DNA of 64,000 nt, taken from positions 65,342 through 129,341 of the forward strand of contig JANQRB010000044.1 in assembly GCA_028284775.1 (NCBI GenBank), in the 5' to 3' direction. The position numbers and the translations under genes were made by a program. Each line of letters opens with the position of its first letter. The first letter of the stretch is position 1. A model generated the notes under the pieces. It made no database searches, was not told the origin of the DNA, and was given only the letters and a program-made list of their open reading frames with translations. Of the stretch, positions 58,402 to 64,000 are shown piece by piece. The DNA is from Candidatus Kapaibacterium sp. (GTDB taxonomy: Bacteria; Bacteroidota; Ignavibacteria; Kapaibacteriales; UBA7675).

Positions 58402-60063
58402 ATGAAAAAGCCGCTGATAGTTGCACTTGACGACGACCCGCAGGTGCTCAGAGCGATCCGACGCGATCTACGCAATGAATACCGCGAAGAGTATCGCATA
58501 CTTTCCACGACCTCGGCGCGGGAAGCATTGGAGTCCTTGAAAGAGTTGAAGCTGCGTGGCGAGAAAATCGCGCTTTTCATTTCCGACCAGCGGATGCCAG
58601 AAATGGAGGGCGTCGACTATCTGGAGCGGGCCAAGGAGATTTTCCCCGAGGCGCGGCGCGTGCTCCTGACGGCATATTCCGATACGGAAGCGGCCATTAA
58701 AGCGATCAATGACGTGCAGCTCGACTACTATCTGATGAAACCCTGGGATCCGCCGGAAGAAAAATTGTACCCTGTGCTGAACGACCTGCTCGACGAATGG
58801 CAGGCGAGCTACCGGCCGGACTTCGAAGGCATCAAAATCGTAGGCTATCAGTGGTCGCCGCGCTCGCATGGCATTAAGGACTTTCTGGCGGGCAACCTGA
58901 TTCCTTACCTTTGGCTGGATATCGAATCGAATGAGGAAGCACGCCGCTTGATCGACGCTGCCGGCGTGGCGCATAAAGAGTTGCCGGCGGTGTTTTTCGA
59001 GGACGGCAGCCACATGGAGAATCCCACAGCAACCCGGATCGCCGCAAAAATTGGCATGAATGCCCACGCTTCCGACACGATGTACGACGTCGTGATTGTT
59101 GGCGCCGGCCCGGCGGGTCTGGCTGCGGCCGTTTATGGCGCATCGGAAGGCCTCAAAACGCTGCTGGTGGAAAAGCGGGCGCCGGGCGGGCAGGCGGGCA
59201 CAAGTTCGCGCATCGAAAATTACCTCGGCTTCCCGAAAGGTCTGAGCGGCTCGCAGCTCACGCAACGCGCCATCACCCAGGCCACTCGACTGGGGGCGGA
59301 GTTCCTGCTGCCGCAGGAAGTCAAAAGCATCAGCCTGCGCGATAAATACAAAATCATTACACTCGCCGACGGTGCTGAGATCCACGCGCTCAGCGTCATC
59401 ACGACTACAGGCGTGGACTACCGCAAGCTCGCGACCAAGGGCATTGCTGATTTCACCGGGGCGGGCGTTTATTACGGCGCGGCGACGACGGAGGCGGCAG
59501 CCTGCCGCGATAAGGACGTCTATATCGTCGGCGGCGGCAACTCGGCCGGACAGGCTGCCATGTATCTCTCGACATTCGCCAGCAATGTCTACATTCTTAT
59601 CCGCCGCGACTCGTTGAAACACTCGATGTCGCAGTACCTTATAGACCAGATTGCCGGCACAGCCAATATCGTGCTGCAGCCGCATACGGTGGTAGAAGAA
59701 GCTATCGGCAACGGCAACCTGAGCGCCCTGGTGCTGAAAGACCTGAATAGCAATGAATGCCGCAGGGTAGAGGCGGGCTCGCTCTTCATCTTTATCGGCG
59801 CACGCCCCTATACCGAGTGGCTGGAAGCCGATATCATCAAGAATCAGCGCGGCTTTATCGAAACTGGACGCGACCTGATCCGGCATCCGGACTTTAAGAA
59901 AGTCTGGAAACTCGATCGCGAGCCTTTCCTGCTGGAATCGAGCTCGCCCGGCCTCTTTGCCGCCGGCGACGTGCGCGCCGGCGCCATGAACCGCGTCGCT
60001 TCGGCCGTCGGCGAAGGATCGATGGCCATCAAATTTGTCCACGAGTACCTGGCTCAGCTCTGA
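58402..60063 (+). CDS. Response-regulator receiver (REC) domain fused to a thioredoxin-reductase-fold FAD/NAD(P)H flavoprotein that lacks the CxxC redox centre
   Basis: ATG 58402 with AAAGGA SD. REC has LDDD (res 9-12), phosphoacceptor Asp in FISDQRMPEMEG, T in VLLTAY and K in YYLMKPW. The C-terminal ~330 aa have TrxB-like Rossmann motifs (VVIVGAGPAGLAAAVY ; YIVGGGNSAGQAAMYL). TrxB 'CATC' aligns to AATTEAAAC, so there is no CxxC. Confidence 0.85.
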   Translation: MKKPLIVALDDDPQVLRAIRRDLRNEYREEYRILSTTSAREALESLKELKLRGEKIALFISDQRMPEMEGVDYLERAKEIFPEARRVLLTAYSDTEAAIKAINDVQLDYYLMKPWDPPEEKLYPVLNDLLDEWQASYRPDFEGIKIVGYQWSPRSHGIKDFLAGNLIPYLWLDIESNEEARRLIDAAGVAHKELPAVFFEDGSHMENPTATRIAAKIGMNAHASDTMYDVVIVGAGPAGLAAAVYGASEGLKTLLVEKRAPGGQAGTSSRIENYLGFPKGLSGSQLTQRAITQATRLGAEFLLPQEVKSISLRDKYKIITLADGAEIHALSVITTTGVDYRKLATKGIADFTGAGVYYGAATTEAAACRDKDVYIVGGGNSAGQAAMYLSTFASNVYILIRRDSLKHSMSQYLIDQIAGTANIVLQPHTVVEEAIGNGNLSALVLKDLNSNECRRVEAGSLFIFIGARPYTEWLEADIIKNQRGFIETGRDLIRHPDFKKVWKLDREPFLLESSSPGLFAAGDVRAGAMNRVASAVGEGSMAIKFVHEYLAQL

Positions 60064-60723
60064 CTACGTGCGGCCATCAGCAAGTGTCGGCAGACGCGGC
60101 CGTTAGCCCGCCCGCTTCGCAGATTTCGCAATATCTCACCCATACCGACATGGCCGGCGACGGTATTTTGCGGCCGTAGGAAAGAAATGCGAAAGCGGAC
60201 ACCGTCACTGGCGAAATGCGCGCCACCGCCGAAATAATACCAGGGAAAGACGGCATTATCAAGATCGGCGATCTTCCAGTCGAAGAGTGTCACATGGTGA
60301 TTTTGCCGCAGCCGGTCTGCCACGTCGGGCAGAGCGCACATTCGCTCGATGCGCCGCAGATGCCGCCGGCTAAGCGCGCCGCAGCCCCGCGCCGTAAAGG
60401 CGATGCGCCCGTTGGCAATCCGCAGGCTGCCGGAGGTGCTGCCCGACAAACCCACCAGCAGCCAGGCCTCGCACAGTAAGGATTGTTTTGATTCGTTGTA
60501 TCTGCTTTGCGCCATTGCCGTTTCGCTCCATAAGCCGAAAATCTCACAAATTTAGCATTATTTTGTGCGGATCGCAGCTGGGAGACCGACCGACCGGATG
60601 GCGGTGATACCAGAAGCCTGCGCCAGTGTCTCGTGCAGTCCTAATTGATCGGGGCAGCAGGTTGAACTCAATCTCAAGCTTTCAATAACTCTTCACGGAT
60701 AAATAAAACAGAAGGACGTCAAT

Positions 60724-61164
60724 ATGTCAATCTTGCAAAAAATGATTCATCCTCTGGGGGCCGGTTCGCGGGGGCTGTTCAGCGATCTGGGCTTACTGCT
60801 GCTGCGGCTCTTCTTCGGAGGGATTATGTTGTTCGGCCACGGCTGGGGAAAGCTGACGGGTTTTGGCCAGATCGCCGGCGGTTTCCCTGATCCCCTCGGC
60901 GTAGGCAGTACTCTTTCCCTGAGCCTGACGGTGTTTGCGGAGTTCTTTTGTTCCTTGGCACTGATTTTCGGCTTCATGACACGGCTCGCCTCGCTACCGC
61001 TGATAGTGACAATGCTGGTCGCCGTCTTTGTCATTCACATCGACGATCCTTTCGGCAAGCAGGAATTGGCCTTACTCTACCTGGGCGCCTACTTTACTCT
61101 GTTTCTGGCCGGTCCCGGACGCTTTGCAGTGGATGCTCGGCTTTCCGACAAAAACGCTGCCTGA
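60724..61164 (+). CDS. DoxX-family membrane protein
   Basis: ATG 60724 with GAAGGA SD 8 nt upstream. 146 aa, 4 predicted TM segments. LLLLRLFFGGIMLFGHGWGKL is typical of DoxX. Confidence 0.75.
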   Translation: MSILQKMIHPLGAGSRGLFSDLGLLLLRLFFGGIMLFGHGWGKLTGFGQIAGGFPDPLGVGSTLSLSLTVFAEFFCSLALIFGFMTRLASLPLIVTMLVAVFVIHIDDPFGKQELALLYLGAYFTLFLAGPGRFAVDARLSDKNAA

Positions 61165-61354
61165 TCCAAGGGGCAGGCGCAACCGGGTCTTATGAAGAGC
61201 GGTCGAGTCGCAACTGCCTTAAGAGCCAGGGAAGGTCGTTGTGGAGTATGAATTGCGCATCGGGAATAGTTGTTGCCGTTGACGGAAACGCGAGCGCCAG
61301 TGGCGCCGACTTGCCGAAGGTCGTGGGCAGGGCTTATGATCTTCCGATATAATA

Positions 61355-61389
61355 AAGCCCGACGGAAACGCTGTTCCATCGGGCTTTTT
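61355..61389. terminator. Bidirectional Rho-independent terminator between convergent DoxX and OmpA-family genes
   Basis: aagcccgacgg-aaacgctgttc-ccatcgggctt hairpin (11-bp stem, one mismatch) followed by ttttt on the plus strand and preceded by aataa (a U/A-rich run on the minus-strand transcript). Confidence 0.7.
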
Positions 61390-61442
61390 CGATTGTATTC
61401 CGGTCAGCGGTCAGTCAAAGGCCAAGGCCGCTGCGGTCTGCT

Positions 61443-63410
61443 TTACGATGCTTCGATTATCTCGATCACGACCGTACGGTTGTAAAAGCGGCCTTCCGGC
61501 AAACTGTTGTCGAACAGCGGACGGGTGCCGTCTTCGCCGAAGCCGACGCTCTCGATCTTAACCCTGCGACCGAGTTTGCGCAATTCATCGCGCAGGACAT
61601 CGGCGGTTTCGCGGGCGCGTTTTTGCGACAAACGAAAATTGCCGTCGGCATCGCCAACATTGTCCGTGTAGCCGTGGATAATGACTTTTTGCCCTTGCTG
61701 GGTCTGAGCCGCCACGACATTGCGCAGGAAGCGATCGTAGGTCTTGACGGCGTCTTTCTGTCCGTATTCAAACACGATCGAATAACGGCGGGCTCCTTCT
61801 CCGGTGTCGGCACGCACGACCAAATCGAATTCGCGCCGTTCCCGCAGCACCTGGTCGTCATTGGTCGTCACAATGACTTCCGCCGTATAGCGCCCCTGTT
61901 CGATATCTTTCATCAGGTCGCCGGGATTAATACGTTGCGACGCGCGCCGAAAAGGCCCGAAATTGAAGTTGCGACCTTCGCCTTCCAGCTTAACCTGCCA
62001 TGACTTGATGCCGCCGCCTTCGTCAACCGCAAGCACCAGATCGTTATCGATCGGATTGTTTTGCACAAGACGCATACGGACAGGCTGCAGCAGAATATCG
62101 TTGTTGGTCACAAACTCGACGCGCCGGTTTTCTTCATCCACCAGCGGGCGGTCTTCTTTCGGCGTGCCGGCCGAGCCAGATGGACGCCGGGGAAGCTTTT
62201 GACTCTTGATCGAAATACGATCCGGGTCGATGCCGAAGGAGTTAGTCAGATAGGATTTGACGTTTTCGGCCAGAATGTGACCGTCGTCCTTGTCACCGCC
62301 GGAGCCGATCAGGGTAACTTTCTGCTCGGGGTTATCACGCATACGGGCGCCAATAATATTCATCACATTGTAATAGGTATTCATCTGGCGCTGAGAACGC
62401 TGGCGCTCCGTCAGATTGCCGATCTCATCTTCATCGAGCAGATCGTTCTCCGAAAAGTCGCCGGCATCACCCTGGTCGAGTTGCACATAGCGTCCCGGAA
62501 TGGCCGTGCTGTTGCTGTCGAAAAAGACATTCGCCACCAGGGGGAAGTATTCTTCCACTTTACGGGAGCGAATAATGCCGCCGGTAGGTGTCAGCAGCGA
62601 AAGGTTGATAAGTGGATTGGAGGCATCGATTTCCACCAGCTCCACCGGCGGAGCGGCACCGAACATAAAATGAACGCCCGCGCGCAGGGTCACCGTACTC
62701 CAGATGTCGTCGATCGAATTCTGGTCGAGATCTTCGAAGCTTGTTCCACGCTGATTAACCATCCACGAGCCTTCCAGATAGGGCGTCAGATAGAACCAGG
62801 TTTCCTCGCGGCGGTCATTGAGCAGAATGTCATAGCCGACGCCCGCCGAAATGCCGAGCGTCAGCGACGACAGTTCGGGAAACTCCACTCCTGTGGCCGT
62901 GGCCGGACCGTCTTTGTCCGGTTTATAATCATATTCGCCTGTCAGGTTGATGCCAATCAGCGGGCCGGCGGTAAAATGCAGACCGGGCGTGATTTCCGGA
63001 TAGATACGCAGAAGAGGCTCAATGGTAAAATAGCTGAAGTTGGCGTCGAATTCCTTCTCCGGCGTGAAGCTGGCATCATTGACGACCGCATTGCGCATAT
63101 CATAGCTGAGCCGGAGCTGCGCCCCCCACCAGGAATCGGAATTGTACTCGGCCAGCAGACCGCCGTAAAGACCGACACCGCTGCCGTCATTTACTTCGAG
63201 CGGGATGAAGTTACCGATTGATGTATTGCCCGGCGGCGCCAGGTTCTGGTAGCCGGCACCGGCGAAGTTCAGGTTGAGTCCCGCATTAAGACCGAATTTC
63301 CAGATCGGCTGCCGGTATTCATCCTGCGCCGACCCAGGTGAGCTCAGCGCAAAAAAGGCAATGAGAAGTATTCGTAATACTGTTCCACGGCCAAGGGTAC
63401 CATTCGTCAT
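61443..63410 (-). CDS. Outer-membrane beta-barrel protein with two C-terminal OmpA-like domains
   Basis: The track start 63416 is GTG. ATG 63410 (plus 'cat' 63408-63410) with GGAGA SD 9 nt upstream, giving signal peptide MTNGTLGRGTVLRILLIAFFALSSPGSAQ. OmpA_C segments (...ENRRVEFVTNN ; IIHGYTDNVGDADGNFRLSQKRARETADVL...GRFYNRTVVIEI). Paralogous in architecture to 52116..54266. Confidence 0.85.
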   Translation of the reverse strand: MTNGTLGRGTVLRILLIAFFALSSPGSAQDEYRQPIWKFGLNAGLNLNFAGAGYQNLAPPGNTSIGNFIPLEVNDGSGVGLYGGLLAEYNSDSWWGAQLRLSYDMRNAVVNDASFTPEKEFDANFSYFTIEPLLRIYPEITPGLHFTAGPLIGINLTGEYDYKPDKDGPATATGVEFPELSSLTLGISAGVGYDILLNDRREETWFYLTPYLEGSWMVNQRGTSFEDLDQNSIDDIWSTVTLRAGVHFMFGAAPPVELVEIDASNPLINLSLLTPTGGIIRSRKVEEYFPLVANVFFDSNSTAIPGRYVQLDQGDAGDFSENDLLDEDEIGNLTERQRSQRQMNTYYNVMNIIGARMRDNPEQKVTLIGSGGDKDDGHILAENVKSYLTNSFGIDPDRISIKSQKLPRRPSGSAGTPKEDRPLVDEENRRVEFVTNNDILLQPVRMRLVQNNPIDNDLVLAVDEGGGIKSWQVKLEGEGRNFNFGPFRRASQRINPGDLMKDIEQGRYTAEVIVTTNDDQVLRERREFDLVVRADTGEGARRYSIVFEYGQKDAVKTYDRFLRNVVAAQTQQGQKVIIHGYTDNVGDADGNFRLSQKRARETADVLRDELRKLGRRVKIESVGFGEDGTRPLFDNSLPEGRFYNRTVVIEIIEAS

Positions 63411-63615
63411 TGACACGCTCTCCAGGATTTTTGAGTATGATGTTGGTATAGCTTCTGCTTGTTTGATTTGTAGCGGGAAATCTTCAGGGGATTCGGCCCG
63501 CTTTTTCCGCTATCGTTGTCGGCACATCATCGATAGCTTCGGCGAGCCACAATTACAGACAGGTCGCTTCAATGTTGGTATATCTTACAAAACTAGTGGT
63601 TTTTTTATCACCATG

Positions 63616-64000
63616 CTACGATTTCGGTCGCACCTGCGGTTTGAGCATATTCTTTGGGTCGAGTACGGTATCCAGCTCTTCCTTGGAAAGCAGCTTCTGC
63701 TCCACCACCAGATCGTAGATGCCGCGCTTGCTCTCCAGCGCTTCCTTCGCCAGCTTGCTGCAGACTTCATAGCCCAGCAGCGGACTGAGTGCCGTTACGA
63801 TACCGATACTGTTCTGCACATAACGCCAGCAGACGTCTTCATTGGCCGTAATGCCGTCGATACAGCGATGTTTCAAGGTAACGATGCCGTTTTTAAGCAT
63901 CTGGATCGACTCCAGGATGCAGGCGGCGATAACAGGCTCCATCACATTCAGTTCTAACTGACCGGCCTCCGCCGCCATAGAAACCGTGGTATTGTTACCC
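63616..64000 (-). CDS. Class-II fumarase / aspartate ammonia-lyase family enzyme, C-terminal ~128 aa (5' end beyond window)
   Basis: AAEAGQLELNVMEPVIA...VTALSPLLGYEVCSKLAKEAL...LSKEELDTVLDPKNM matches the conserved C-terminal region of the FumC/AspA lyase family. The reading frame continues to the window edge. Confidence 0.8.
   Translation of the reverse strand, partial: GNNTTVSMAAEAGQLELNVMEPVIAACILESIQMLKNGIVTLKHRCIDGITANEDVCWRYVQNSIGIVTALSPLLGYEVCSKLAKEALESKRGIYDLVVEQKLLSKEELDTVLDPKNMLKPQVRPKS

Noticed and set aside
1-64000. CRISPR arrays, tRNA/rRNA/tmRNA genes, transposases, integrases, phage genes
   Set aside because: No regularly spaced short repeats, no T-loop GTTCGAATC-type signatures in intergenic regions, and no recognisable mobile-element proteins. 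Absence is by eye only, so a tRNAscan/Infernal pass would be definitive.

Overview
GC-rich (by eye ~60%) bacterial chromosomal segment, most likely from a non-Bacteroidia member of the FCB superphylum. The basis for that placement is five proteins ending in Type IX secretion (T9SS/Por) C-terminal sorting domains, SBBP and delta-60 beta-propeller repeats, and Bacteroidetes-style propeller/Y_Y_Y/LytS-type sensor kinases. Against Bacteroidia, many genes carry clear GGAGG-like Shine-Dalgarno sites. The ORF track uses TTG/GTG as well as ATG starts, so I re-derived several start codons from signal peptides and SD spacing. Content, in order: (1) a T9SS-cargo-rich stretch with a 1630-aa lipase/Ig giant, a serine hydrolase, a BNR protein and two SBBP-like proteins; (2) a tandem triplication of ~1080-aa periplasmic-propeller LytS-type histidine kinases with no LytTR regulator in the window; (3) a TPR-LuxR regulator and a Cys/Met-metabolism PLP enzyme; (4) a block of unknown-function genes with a signal-less 984-aa protein carrying an atypical HEIGGHGILWDH motif; (5) an orphan cNMP-binding histidine kinase; (6) an ECF sigma/anti-sigma pair transcribed divergently from a heme/redox gene string. 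That string is a di-heme PSCyt1-type lipoprotein, a Haem_bd protein, a REC-domain fused to a TrxR-fold flavoprotein that lacks the CxxC, and DoxX, with a 95-bp-period tandem G-tract repeat in the shared promoter region. The heme/redox string is my best candidate for an undescribed signalling system. I recognised no rRNA, tRNA, CRISPR array, transposase or integrase. Several long ORF-free intervals (513-1319, 13226-13831, 45813-47339, 50433-51322) remain unexplained.
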